This document shows positions 52,301 through 64,000 of a DNA stretch of 64,000 bases, in pieces (within the stretch, counting starts at the first letter, position 1; each line of letters opens with the position of its first letter). Position numbers and translations under genes: made by a program. The stretch lies in the NCBI GenBank assembly GCA_032718475.1, contig JAUCBJ010005653.1, positions 1-64,000 on the forward strand, in the 5' to 3' direction. The notes under the pieces are model-generated. The model did no database searches. It saw nothing but the letters and a program-made list of their open reading frames with translations, and was not told where the DNA came from. This stretch comes from Nemertoderma westbladi. Its lineage: Eukaryota > Animalia > Xenacoelomorpha.

Positions 52301-55300
52301 AGGCCCCCAGCAATATTTGTAGCACCTTATTTAAAACACATGTGCAGCGCAAAGGACCTACTGAGGTTTTTATCAAAATAATATTATCGTGTTTCCTTTA
52401 TCAAACATTTAATCCAATTTTTCTTCCGGAAAAATTCAAGGCTTCATACAGGCCTACATTTTTAGCTTTGATACTAAATATACTGTAACTTGGACCACAC
52501 CCTTTACGTTGCGGTGTCTAATCGTTCACAGACAATTAATAATTAATCCACCGTTCCTTTTATATTTGCCGCTCCTTGACAATTTGACACGCATAATTGT
52601 AGAGTAAGTGCACAGCCTGTACATGTTATGCTCGCCTAGCTACTGTAGGATGATTTGTATTAACCAAACACGGGATAGTTAATTCACCATTCTAGGGCAC
52701 CCGGGAAAACCAACGACATCGTGTAGAGTGTCGGCCATATCCTGGATGCTGCCTCCTAGGTACAATAATGCTATCAATTAATTGACGAGACATCTATTGT
52801 ACTACAGCGTCAGTCAAATATTGCCGGAAATCTATTTTGTATTTGTTCTTTTTCGTCGTAAATTATATTGTTATCACCAGTGATTAACCCTTCGTTGCTC
52901 AAAGAAAGAGAAGTTTAATTTGTTTTCTATCATTATTCTCAACAAAGTTAGATTGAAGAAGTGATCGTCACGTTAAAAAAGTGTAGCCGTAGTTTGAAAT
53001 CACGGTTTCCCGGGGGTCAATATCCCCGGACTCCACCCCTACCTTAAATCCCGAAACATTTAACGAATTTGGCATTACCAGATATTTAAAATTTATTTTA
53101 CGATGTCATAATACGAAACTAAAATCAATTTAATGAATTCAATTCATCAACATCTGATCTCATTTCGAAAAAAAAGAGAATATTTTTGCTTCATTTTCCT
53201 AATGTTTAACGACACTCAATCGGGCATAGAAGTATATAAAATGTACATTGTCTTTATGTTTAGTGAGTTAATTAAATTCTAAATTAAACTCTAAATCCTA
53301 GGTGCTACATACACATTTAATACTTTATAAGTTGGCTATAATAACCCGCTACTACAGTAAACTACTAATATTATATTACATCCACGGAATTTATGAAAAT
53401 TATATAGTAATTTCTTAATTAGGTTTCGGTTTCATTGACATTAGTTAATTAGGAGCTCGTTTCAATGAGTCCCATAGAAAGAGACAATATTTTTTTTTGA
53501 TGAGTGAAGAATGATATTTTTTCCGTATAAAATGATACTTGGTTTTTTAATTGTATCTTATTAGCACTTACTTAAACATATCAACTTTAAACTTAATTAA
53601 GGGATTTCGTTTAAATTACGGCTCTGGGCACCAAGGCTAGGTTTTACATTGATTTTTACCTTTATATCCCTCAAAGTAAAACAAACTTTGTTATTGTATC
53701 ACTCTAGATATTTTCGAAATTTGGTACTGTGCTCAAGATAATTACATTTACAAAGAACAATCAATTCCAATCGCTGGTACAATACGCATCAACAACATCA
53801 GCCCAAGCAGCAAAGGTAAGTTAACCAGTATTAGCTACCGCACCTGTAGGATTAACCTGTTCTATTGACTTTCCTTCATTGCTTTGTTAGAATTACTTGC
53901 CACTGTAACCTGTTCCTTTCCCTTCATTGTGACGAAATATTAATTCTCCGGGATGTGCTTTGCGTCAATGTTTCCGAATGCGCAATTCCCTTCTTGGCAA
54001 AATTATCTTGTTTTGGTTATAAAGGATCATCACATCCTTAAACACGAGCCTATATGAAATTGTTACGTGGGATAAAATAAAATGTTGAGTGGCGAAAAGT
54101 TGCGAAAAAAAAAACGATTTTTTGTACTCAGAGACAACGAAAAATTTCAACTGCCGAAAAAAGTTATTGCAACGCTACTATAGTGTTTGCCGAAGAATTC
54201 TAAATGAAACATTGTTAAATATCGCTACGGAATAGCATTTTTCTGTTACGATCTGAATTTTTGGGGCGCCTAAAGTACTGTTTGTTGTAATAATTATATG
54301 CCATCCATGCCGTCATTATGGGATAGTACTGTACATGAATCTGAACCGAAATGTAAGATAATTTAAAAAGCCACCATCCATGGCATACACCGCGGTGAAA
54401 ATGGATATTAAATTTAATTAAAATGCAACCATGCATACACCGCGGTAAAAATGGATATTGAATTGAATAATAAGGTCATTTCATAGACTTAAATTTAGTT
54501 GCGTTTAAAATATCTCTAAATGAAGATTTCTTTCTTCCCGCCATAATGCTACCCTGATTTGACCAGTGTCGGTAGTAGGTGCATGTATTGCAGTATCTTG
54601 GGTAGTTGTGTAGGAAGCTTGGCCTACGTGTTAGCTATCTCCAGACGCACATACAGACAGGTTAACATAACATGGTATACGTTACGGTATGGCAGCCTGT
54701 TTAATCAACACTAGCAAAGTAGGCCTAACGGCGCGTAAATAAATAAGTTACATTTGTTATAGATTAGCTTGTCAACTCTAATTCAATACTGCCTTCCAAC
54801 CCCTAATACCGGCGATAACTAACTAATATCGTTCAAAATCGTAGGCTTACAGTATGTACACAAATACTGCAATCTGTATCCTGCTACCGAGACATGTAAA
54901 CTGGTATAAGCATTGTTATGTAATGGGAAGAAAGCAATCTTAATTTAGCGACATATTAATCGCAACAAATTATAAATGTATTAAAAACCGAATTAAATTC
55001 AATATATATTTTCACCTGGGTATCAGATGGTTATTTTTAAATTATCTTTAATTTGGCGGTGCAATTCGGTCAAGTTCGCCACGTTTCCGATCCAGTTCGG
55101 TGCAGATCCGTGTTGAGTATTTTTGTCCGTAATTTTGCGCCAGCTCGGACTAATACCACTTACGAGTTTTCAAATTTAACTACAAAAAATATGCAGAAAC
55201 CAAAATAAACTGTCACAGGCCAAACAGAAAGTAAAAACAAACACAAATCTAACATTCACTCGGTATATACTCTTTTGGTTACATTTTTTATTTCAATTTA

Positions 55301-58148
55301 TTGAATATAAATGCTCACATATGATTTATAAAATAACAAAAGCTGTAGTATCCGTTCTAGTTTTATTAGTTTTCTAGTACAGTATTGTATTTATCGGCTA
55401 GAAACATCACGTTAAAATTCTCAGATGCATTTTTTTTGATCACATTATTTAATATTTCTTAAAAAATTAAAGAGTTATCATCATTTTTCTTTCCACCAAT
55501 CAGATCGCTCTAGACGGACAAAATATTTACAATGGATGCTGCACGTTGAGGATCGATTATTCCAAACTCACGAGTCTGAATGTCCGGTATAATAACGAGA
55601 AGAGCAGAGACTATACGCGGCCAGACCTTCCGTTTGGGGAAACCCCTCCAACCAACGCAGCAACTACCCCTATAGACCCACAAGGTACGCCGAGTATCAG
55701 AACTACAGTAGTAGCCCCTATACACTTCATAATTAAATTAACCTAAAAGAAAAAAAAAACATTTTTTATTAAACATTAAATACGTAATCCAATAACCAAC
55801 TCCAAAATAAACATAACCAAATGAGGGGCAAATTTAAAAACATAATATCGGCCTTTACTGTATTTCTGTGTACCGGTATAATTGTTTATGATGCCCAGAG
55901 GTTTATGATGCACGATTATGTATACTAAATGCAGTATTATTACTACAGACCGGTAGTATTTGACTTAATTCTATACTTCTCCAGAACTCTTCACTCTCAC
56001 TTTAGAGAAAATGAATGACTTGAAATATATAATATTCATACGCAGGTAATACCGCGTTCCTTTTCCCTCAAAACACATTGTTCTCCGGTATTCCACCGGG
56101 ACTTATAGCCACAGGAAATCCTTTTAATCAGACAGGATTGGCTGTAACACAGGCCGCTGCTTTGGCCAACCTACGTAACCTAGCAACAGCTGCGGCGATT
56201 GGACAAAGCTCAACAACTGTACTTATCACGTCTAACCTTAATTCTGAGGTAAGTTGTTGTTCTTTATCTTTGAGATGTTATAAATCAATAAGGTTGGAAA
56301 ATAAAACTTAATATTTATATTTAAGTGTTTAAATCAGATTCACAAATCGTATTTGGTGATGTACTTAATTTCATTAAGAAATCCAACCGGTATATATTAA
56401 ATAATCTACCTTAATTAAAAAAGCCGATGTTATTAAAAAAGTATTTATATATATTTACTTACATAACGATAAAATGCGTTGCGTTATGATGTACCCCTAT
56501 AATATTTTGATACACGTTACGAGTAAACTATAATAATTTTGTGTAATTTATTCATCTATTAAGTATATTTAAGCATTGTTTGCATCAAATATATCAAAAT
56601 TGATGCTAGTTAGATGCTATTTGGTGCTAGTTACCCCGGATAATAAATAGATCAACGCAATAAATAAAGTTAACAATTATATTAATAAGGCGGTTTATTC
56701 TGAATAACTTACTAATACAATTACTTTATTAAAATTTCCTTCACTTTATTTCACCCAAATTGAAGTTTTTACTTTGCTTCATCTCACATTCTCGACCATT
56801 AATTATTATGTAACAATGAATCAATCCAATCCGAAATGTAATTAATCGCACACTCTAGTGTTTCACCGCATCAATTATTATTTCATTTCCTTTTCCTCTC
56901 TTTGCCGCTGGGTGCTGCTGCTTGCTATGTTATTCCTCTATAGAAGATTACTCCCGACGCTCTGTTCACTCTCTTTGGTATGTTGTTATGTATCTTAACT
57001 TCTTTTACTTTCAGTACTTAGTAGAATAAAGAAGAATTAACATACCCAAATGTATTAACAATGACAATGTTTAAGTTAAAATGTCAGAAAATCTATAAAA
57101 AAATAAATTCAGTTTTTCGTCATTATAACTTTTAATGGAGATTAAAAAGTATGGAGTCCTATTCAAGAAACGGAAAATAATGACATTTTTAATTTATTAA
57201 CATTTCTACTTTAATACAAAAACAACATAATTAATTATTTACAATAACTAATTATTCTGTATTTCTACTCAGTTACACCACAATTTTTTCATTCATTTAA
57301 ATAAATATTTAATATTTATTTAGATAAAAATTGGCCTCTGCCCAGCAACCAAGCTTAAATTATTCTTATAATATCTTCAGTAATTATTATTATTAATTAA
57401 GAGTCTCTATATTGAAGTCTATATTGACCAAATTTTCGTTAATGATTGCGTACAGTAATAGTTTTGATCATTGAGTTCGTTTCCATGGTAAAGGATATAT
57501 TTTATTTTTTTAATCAATTAATTGTAATTCTATATACAGTATACATGCAAAAACTATCAAACTAAACCATATCCCACCAAAATCTCGGTAAGTGCAAAAT
57601 AAAATACAAAGAGCATCTACCACAATCCAAAATATTGTTGAATGGATAAAGCTGAGTTTACAGAATAAGTTACAAATACAATCGGATATTTTAAAAGTGA
57701 TGCCAATTTTTAACTAAAAATGTTAAATTAATAACTTCAAATACAAAATAATGTTTTCATTATTTGGAATCATCGCATAGAAATTTACCACAAAACATTT
57801 TACCTATGAATACAGTGTTCCGTGATCGGGTTGAAATCAATAACCCGTGACATATTTTTATAACCCTGTAGTAAGCCTAGTAAGAGTTCGTCTAGCAGGT
57901 TCGTCTAGCATTAAGTAGGTGTACATATCTTCTAGAAGTATCCTCGAGTACGCAAGGCATATTGTATTAAATTAAATAGGCCCTACATATTAGAGTTGTT
58001 GTCCTTACTAGGATCTCCTGTAACAATTCGATTACAAATTCCTGGTATTTCCTAGGTGTATACGGCGATGTGCAACGTGTGAAAATACTTTATGCAAAGA
58101 AAGACAACGCACTCATCCAACTCATTGATCCAAACCAAGCACAATTAT
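40222..58148 (+). CDS. PTBP1: Polypyrimidine tract-binding protein (PTB/hnRNP I family), spliced gene; start uncertain, 3' exons not found in this window
   Basis: Ten GT-AG exons with consistent phases: 40222-40312, 40762-40787, 47467-47628, 49820-49966, 50428-50601, 53708-53815, 55504-55684, 56046-56248, 56944-56977, 58056-58148. They encode PTB RRM1, RRM2 and the start of RRM3. The symbol denotes the family, not one-to-one orthology. Confidence 0.93.
40762..40787 (+). CDS. PTBP1: PTB 26-nt microexon (GIASNEAKK)
   Basis: TTTTAG| ... |GTAAGC; phase 1 to 0; NEAKK-VKLD parallels vertebrate NDSKK-FKGD. Confidence 0.7.
41883..42042 (+). repeat. 20-bp minisatellite (GAAGATGTGTCTCCGACACC)x8
   Basis: Perfect tandem array; explains five overlapping spurious ORFs. 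Confidence 0.97.
44054..44320 (+). mobile_element. Short non-autonomous Helitron
   Basis: A|TCTATACCTATAAAA 5' end, (CT)n microsatellite, imperfect subterminal hairpin (~44285-44311) and CTAG|T 3' end; no TSD. Confidence 0.7.
47467..47628 (+). CDS. PTBP1: PTB exon, RRM1 first half
   Basis: [40 protein letters not shown]; TTGTAG| ... |GTGAGA; 162 nt. Confidence 0.95.
48545..48640 (-). ncRNA. Minimal type-I hammerhead-ribozyme-like motif in a Penelope-like pLTR remnant
   Basis: Minus strand: GCCA-CTGATGA-A-GGCC-[GTATAAT/ATTATAC hairpin]-GGTT-GAAA-TATT-TGGC; stem I GCCA/TGGC; stem III reduced to a palindrome. Confidence 0.55.
48755..48985 (+). mobile_element. tRNA-derived SINE with Deu/Nin-like core
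   Basis: CACTCAGCCTTTCATCC...GGGGTCGATAAAATGAGTACCAG core (~48818-48860), degenerate tRNA head, structured 3' tail ending in a T-run. Confidence 0.7.
49820..49966 (+). CDS. PTBP1: PTB exon, RRM1 second half
   Basis: [18 protein letters not shown]...[14 protein letters not shown]; 147 nt; TTTAG| ... |GTAGGT. Confidence 0.95.
50428..50601 (+). CDS. PTBP1: PTB exon, linker and start of RRM2
   Basis: ...[20 protein letters not shown]; 174 nt; CTGTAG| ... |GTGATT. Confidence 0.93.
51102..51556. mobile_element. MITE-like element with ~28-bp TIRs
   Basis: ACTAGAAAGCCAGCAAGCTGGCTTTAA ... TTACAGCCAGCTGGCTGGCTTTTCTAGT. Confidence 0.6.
53708..53815 (+). CDS. PTBP1: PTB exon, RRM2
   Basis: [26 protein letters not shown]...AQAAK; 108 nt; CTCTAG| ... 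|GTAAGT. Confidence 0.97.
54230..55160. mobile_element. Old foldback/MITE-like element with long diverged inverted arms
   Basis: For example GTTGCGTTTAAAATATCTCTAAATGAAGATTTCTTTCTTCCC (~54498-54539) vs GGGAAGAAAGCAATCTTAATTTAGCGACATATTAATCGCAAC (~54925-54966). Confidence 0.45.
55504..55684 (+). CDS. PTBP1: PTB exon, end of RRM2
   Basis: [42 protein letters not shown]; 181 nt; CAG| ... |GTACGC. Confidence 0.97.
56046..56248 (+). CDS. PTBP1: PTB exon, RRM2-3 linker and start of RRM3
   Basis: Ala/Pro/Gly-rich linker ending [11 protein letters not shown]; phase 1 to 0; CGCAG| ... |GTAAGT. Confidence 0.9.
56859..56943 (+). promoter_or_regulatory. Extended pyrimidine-rich 3' splice-site region with CU-rich and YGCY motifs upstream of the 34-nt exon
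   Basis: No AG from 56859 to 56941; TTTCATTTCCTTTTCCTCTCTTT followed by six YGCY motifs (56903-56926). Confidence 0.6.
56944..56977 (+). CDS. PTBP1: PTB 34-nt exon ([12 protein letters not shown]), equivalent of PTBP1 exon 11 / PTBP2 exon 10
   Basis: CTATAG| ... |GTATGT; phase 0 to 1; peptide matches the RRM3 VTPQSLFILFG position. Confidence 0.95.
58056..58148 (+). CDS. PTBP1: PTB exon, RRM3
   Basis: [31 protein letters not shown]; 93 nt; TCCTAG| ... |GTAAGT. Confidence 0.97.
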
Positions 58149-58444
58149 GTAAGTACACAAGTACAGCTGGCAGATAGACCATACACGGTCGTTGTATAAA
58201 CAAAACGTTAACCCAGTGGTTAATAATGGTTAAACACTGGATAAGCAGTGATGTAGTTAAATACTGACTGGTCTTTTCATTTCATTACCCATTACATCCC
58301 TGGTAACTTCTAAAACCCCAAAAAAAACGTTGCAAAAAATAAACAAAATGAATAAAAAATAATAATAAAATACACCAATCTTTTTTTGTGAAATATCGAA
58401 ACTATCGACTATTGATTGATATTAGTGTTTAAACGGGATAGATC

Positions 58445-60150
58445 TAGATATCATTAGAACCGCCTTCATTTGCAGATTCCGAATCTGAAAACTATTTTAA
58501 ATTTCACGAGAAATTGCCAAATATATTATCAAAATAAATATATTTGAAATATATTTTGAGTCGTAAATCGCAATTATTAAAAACTATTTTTATATATTTA
58601 TTTATTTTATTATTGGAAATCATATGGACAAAGATGTTTAATGTTTTAGGGCCTAGTATTTAGTAGTTGGCATAAATTCATATATACAATACAGTTCTGG
58701 AATATGCCTTTACACTATACACTTCAATTTAGACATTAAATACATAATAATAATAGTGTCGGACGTAACAGGTGTCGGACGTTACTAAACTACAATCACT
58801 GAAATCACAGCTTTAAAGGTAGCCTGGATTGCTGTAAATGGCATAAAAGACGCCATCTTACGTCGGCATTGAGTCATTTATTTTCGATATTGTTTGCCAT
58901 ACAACAGAAAAGTAATTGAGAAAAAAAGTAAATTAATGCGTATTGTATGAGAAACGTTCTATGTTTATGACGTACTGTAGAACTACCTCATTGGAATGTG
59001 CATTTACGGCTGATTACAATGATACCAAGGATAGCCTACAGTATATGGAGATAAACAGTAAAAAAAGATTTCTCCTTGAATTTTGGTATTTTTTTTGTTT
59101 TTACCTAAGTCTTGATGATGGTCGATAATCGCAAAATTTCATACTTTATACCAGTAAATCAATGTAAATTTTGTCAAATTCCAAAAATTTATGAAATTTA
59201 ATCCAATAATTCATGACATGATGCTTATTTTTTTCATGTCGCGTCCCATTTTCTGTGGAAATGCCCAAATATTAACTTAAGAAATTTAATCCAAAATTGC
59301 AATCCCGATCCCGAAAAACGGGATCCCGAGAGTGATAATCCCGATCCCGAAAAATGGAATCGCGGGATCGCGAGAGTGATAATCCCGGTCCAGATCCCGA
59401 CAAGTCTGGTCCCGTTTAAAACACTAAATTGATAGAAACATTTTCTTTCTTTACTTACAACCCTACTTCGGAGAACAACTACGATTATAACTTGCCCGTA
59501 GAGGACACAGAGCCGCCCCCGCTTTGCAGTACATTGTTTTCGCCGTAAGGATTTAAAGGACACTGGCTTTGAAGATCCGGATGGTCTCGCGAAAGTCAAG
59601 GGGAATATGAAGTTGTGGCGGCTCAATTTTTCGATAAGCCAGCATAGCATCATTCATGCACACTGCATCACAGCAAGCAAATCATATATTGCATGGTGGT
59701 GGCGCAAATTTTCTTTTTTTTTGTCATAATAGCACCTCAATGTGCAGCTCCAATACGGCAGGCCGACTATAGATATATAGACTTACCCTTATATTTATGG
59801 ATGTTGTATTATTATTGTTTGTGTTTATATACACCCAAACCCTTAATACTTAATTTATGTGGTCGGACCCCCCCCACACCCTCCTCATTTTTTCAAATTT
59901 TAAAAAAATGCTATGAAATATATATAATGATGATAGATCGACATCTTTTCTTACTGGTGGCCTGGCCGGATTTTTCAATTTCTCAGTTATTTCCATACAA
60001 CAAGCCCTTAAAAAATGTCTATTTAGCAATGTTTAACCACCTCCGAGAACTTTATTTTCCGTCTTTGGAATATCATTAGAACCGCCTTCGTCTGTAGATT
60101 CCGAATCTGAAAACCGTTTTAAATTTCACCAATATTTTCCTGAGATATTA
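58445..60150. repeat. Intronic transposon-derived region with ~80-bp direct repeats and AATCCCGATCCCGA sub-repeats
   Basis: ATATCATTAGAACCGCCTTC...GATTCCGAATCTGAAAA at ~58448 and ~60070; short repeats at 59300-59400. Confidence 0.45.
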
Positions 60151-61186
60151 TCAACATTCAAAGGCATACATCTTATGACGTAAATTTACATTATTCTAAT
60201 GTTTTTTTGACTCTATTCTAGAATATTAAATATCATTTAGCTAAGCGATTAAAACTCAAGTTTTCATCTAAAACTCAATCGTCTAAAACTCAAGAGTAAA
60301 AAATTCGTGTACTGTATGTGAGTCCGGACTTCTATTTCGCTTTGAAACGTATTTACTTTTTAAAAGTTTGAAAAGGATTGAGAAATAACTTGAGTAAATT
60401 TAACATCCAAGAAATTCTAAAAATTGATCTCAATCTCAAATTATATCACAGTTGTTGAAGTAGTACATGTGTTTGAATTCCAAATTATCTATCAACGTCT
60501 TTTCTACAGATTTCGAATCCTTTCAAGATCACCTTAAGATCACCATCAGTATTCGGTACTTCCAAAACAACGGATAAGAATACTTGCAATATGTACAAGG
60601 ATAATTTTAACATTACATTTTTTTTAATTTTACATTAAAATAAAACATAAAGATAATAAAATCAATAAATAATAAAGATAAATAATGTGCTACTCAAAGA
60701 AAATAAACACTCAAATAAAAGTTGTGTGCGATACGCACCAAAATTGCACAAATGATTTGAAGTTAAATATACAGACAGATACATAAAGCACAGGTTGAAT
60801 TACGTTTAATACTTTATTTATGTTATTTATGTTTAATATTTTCCTATTGTAATTGATTAGTCAGAAAACCCCAACAAATAATAGCAGAAGACAACAACAT
60901 CTACTACCCTTAATTATTATTTGAGTAAGTGCCATTAGGTTGTAAACAATAGGTGATGAAACCTGAATTAACGAAATAAGATTTATCCTGAGGGTAAAAG
61001 TTGAAAAGCAAACTTCCTGAAAATTATATGAAAAATAGTATGAAAGTTGAATGTTAAAGTTATAAACTAATAATTATATTACTATATAATTAAGTGCTTT
61101 AAAGTCTTAATAGATTGGAAAGATAATTGGGAGATATTTGGGATAATTGGGGGAAGAGATTGGGGCGGGGGATGAACCGGCAGTAA

Positions 61187-61975
61187 TCAGTAATCCGGCA
61201 CGACACTTACGAAAGACTTCAATAACTCCAACACCTGACTACCGGACTGCCAGTAAGTAGGCCTCGCTGTCACCCTCCCACCCCGTAACTCTTTCAGCTC
61301 GTTCACCAACATCTTCTCCAACGGGTACCCCGAACGCGCGCACACATGATCCGAAGCTGTCAACGTGCCGCTAACGGCCGGACACAAATCGTTTCCCCCA
61401 TCACCAACGTAAATCTTACTAACGTAAGTTATTCCTTCACGTTTCGAACATTCCACAAAGTCGTTAACAGCCTGAGACTTACACAGAGTTCTAGGGCATC
61501 TTTCGCATTGAGTATCGTGGAAGTTCTCAACCATCAAACAGGGACAGGAAGCCTCGTTAAAGAACGCAGTGTGGCTGAGAACAGCCTTGGGGACATTGGC
61601 TAAATCGTTCTCCGTTAGGATAACATCGATAAACACAGTGTTCGAATCCGAAACGATAACTGTGTCGATATAATCTTTCCTCAGACGAGCGAATTTCATC
61701 AACTGACTAATTCCTTTTACCAGAGGGAATTTCCTCAGAAATGATTTTATTTGCTGAGGTTTGACTCCCAGATCTGCCAACGCGGTCAGTTGGTCCTGGA
61801 TGTAGGTTCGCCAACATCTGTGACCCAGACGGTATCTGTCTACGATGTCCTTCGGGATGCTCTCAGAAGGAAATAAACTTTCTAGAAGCTCAGAATTTCC
61901 ATCTATTATCGTGTTATCGAAATCTAATAGAAGTAGTAGTTTCTGATGGGAAATTTGAATAGGAGCCATAAACAT
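61187..61975 (-). CDS. PHOSPHO2: PHOSPHO1/PHOSPHO2-family HAD phosphatase (pyridoxal-phosphate / phosphoethanolamine-phosphocholine phosphatase-like), single coding exon
   Basis: 262-aa intact ORF: motif I DFDNTIIDGNS, motif II VIVSDSNTVFI, CERCPRTLCK, motif IV YVGDGGNDLCP. The symbol denotes the family. Confidence 0.9.
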   Translation of the reverse strand: MFMAPIQISHQKLLLLLDFDNTIIDGNSELLESLFPSESIPKDIVDRYRLGHRCWRTYIQDQLTALADLGVKPQQIKSFLRKFPLVKGISQLMKFARLRKDYIDTVIVSDSNTVFIDVILTENDLANVPKAVLSHTAFFNEASCPCLMVENFHDTQCERCPRTLCKSQAVNDFVECSKREGITYVSKIYVGDGGNDLCPAVSGTLTASDHVCARSGYPLEKMLVNELKELRGGRVTARPTYWQSGSQVLELLKSFVSVVPDY

Positions 61976-63571
61976 AAATTAATTATATTACAAAAGAAAT
62001 AAAAGGAAGAACAATTAGGCCAAATATATAAAAACTAAACAACAAAAACTAAACAACATGCACTAGTACACAGCCGACGACCCTATCGTGGTCCTATTTG
62101 CTAAGAATCAATAATAACATCAGATCTGGAGGAACGGCAGCCAACTACGTACAGACGTTAGGTATAGGCCTATACAATCTGACAATACTGCAATACACGG
62201 TACTGCTCAAATCAGCAAGTATAACAGTATAACCGTATATGACAGTATGATGTAACCCTAACTAAATTAACAAACCAATTACCTACCACGCCACCGGAAG
62301 CCCAGAAGCAGACATGGCTAAGCAGCTATGGCAGGCTGCGCTGCAAGGTAGTTCATAGTTGGTAGTACAGTAGTTTGGCAGTACCGGTACATTAAGAGGG
62401 TTACTGTCAGGCAGTAACAGACTGACATAACTGAGCTGCAATTGAATACATTTATTTAATTGGCTGCAGTAGTCCTACTGTACCGGTACCCAGTTGCGAT
62501 ACCGGTAGCATTGCAATAAGCGATGCCCTATGCATCTACGTTAATATGCTCCTATTGCTGTATGTATTGTAGTACCGGTAATAAGACCTGGCAACATCAC
62601 AATGATCACATTCAACATTACAGCATTAGGCCTACTGCTGTACTGCATGTACCGGTACTGAAAATGGTTCACCTACCTCGCTCAAGTAGCTGACAATGAC
62701 AAACTACATAATACTCCCTACTTACTGCCCTACCTACCTACTAATATTCCTTACCTATCGCCACTAGCTGACTAGCACTACATTAAATCGATGCCTGTCA
62801 GCTTCTAATACACCAATACAAACTGACAAACGAAATACTCAAATACTGAAATAGGCCTTATAAAAAAATGAAAAGTAAATAGCATATTACAGTATTACAT
62901 ACAGTAAATGTGGTATATAATATATACCATTTCGCATATTACCTGATTACCGCATGGCAGGACTACAGTACTGCAGGCGTGTCTGTACAATCTTCACTTC
63001 AGACCTGTAGGTAGAGAAATAATATTGTATTATTGTTTGTGTTGGTCGCTAGGAAACGATATATTATAATCATGTAGAAATCACCTGTCCGGATTTTGAA
63101 GCAATACTTTTAGTACTAGTAGGCCTACATAACAGTAAACCGTTAATAATTAATTAATAGCCAGGGTATTCATTTAATCGTCCTACAACTCCCATGCTGT
63201 TTATGCAAAATAAATGGAGCCACCGAGTTTGGAGTAAGAACTGTTTAAAACTTGTGGGTGTGTAAACCCACATAAATACAACCCCCAGTCCCTGTTTTAT
63301 CTCTCCATTTATCACTCTATTTACGTAACGGTATTAACGAACCATGGAGGAATACTTGAAATCAATACATCATATATTGGGTAAATTACTGTTATTTTTA
63401 TCAAAAATTTTAATAACATATAATTATATGAATGTAATGTTATTGGTTAAATATAAAATATGAATGTGAACATTATTTAAAACTACATATGAAACCTATC
63501 TGTGGAAAATGGAAATGAGTTTTCTTGAGGCAATTTCTCAAATTACTGTATATCCTGCATGAATAGTGAAT

Positions 63572-64000
63572 ACTACTACTACTACTAGGTCGAGCAAACT
63601 CGGACAGTGGAAATGAGATCCTTCCATGCTTCCCGATTCTCCATAGTTGTCGCAATTTCGTTTCTCCCAAGTTCAGTATCCCTTTCAAGTTGATCTATAT
63701 ATGTTATGGCCGGTCGTCCACGACTACGCTTTCCATGAGTTGGTTGCCAGAGAAGTAGATCTGGTATGATCTCGTCTTTACTTCGCCAGCAGTGCCCACT
63801 GATACAGGTGGTATTGTACCATAAATCTCGGCGTTTGTCATGTGTTGTTTCCAGCTCATGTTTAGGGCTGCCCTTAGTAGTCTTGTGTAGCAACCATCAA
63901 CTCGTTGTTCAAGTGATTTAGTCAGTGTCCAGGTATCACCCCCGTATAAAAATACACTTTCCACTGTGGCTCGAAAGAACTTAGTCTTCAGGTGCCTGGA
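63572..64000 (-). mobile_element. RTE LINE 3' end (same family as 1683-3730)
   Basis: Near-identical reverse complement of ~3272-3730 with a small internal deletion; (TAC)n tail at ~63572-63587; runs off the window. Confidence 0.93.

Noticed and set aside
61346-61603. Plus-strand ORF as the next PTB exon
   Set aside because: It is the antisense shadow of the phosphatase ORF and has no RRM3/RRM4 similarity.

Overview
AT-rich eukaryotic DNA, apparently from an invertebrate animal, with GT-AG introns and a heavy repeat load. I found no rRNA, CRISPR array or prokaryotic operon. Positions 1-27 kb are a nest of degraded transposons: RTE LINEs, a BEL/Pao LTR element split by a ~3-kb TIR element, Helentron-like elements, piggyBac-like copies, Deu/Nin-type SINEs, Penelope-like hammerhead remnants and minisatellites. 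From about 28-40 kb to the window end lies a multi-exon + strand gene for a polypyrimidine tract-binding protein (PTB/hnRNP I family). The ORF track mostly misses it; I reconstructed 10 phase-consistent exons covering the N-terminus, RRM1, RRM2 and the first part of RRM3. Its 34-nt exon (56944-56977) matches the autoregulatory exon of vertebrate PTBP1/2, and skipping it creates an NMD-type premature stop. An intronless PHOSPHO1/2-family HAD phosphatase ORF lies antisense at 61187-61975, apparently inside a PTB intron. All calls are by eye; no searches were run.
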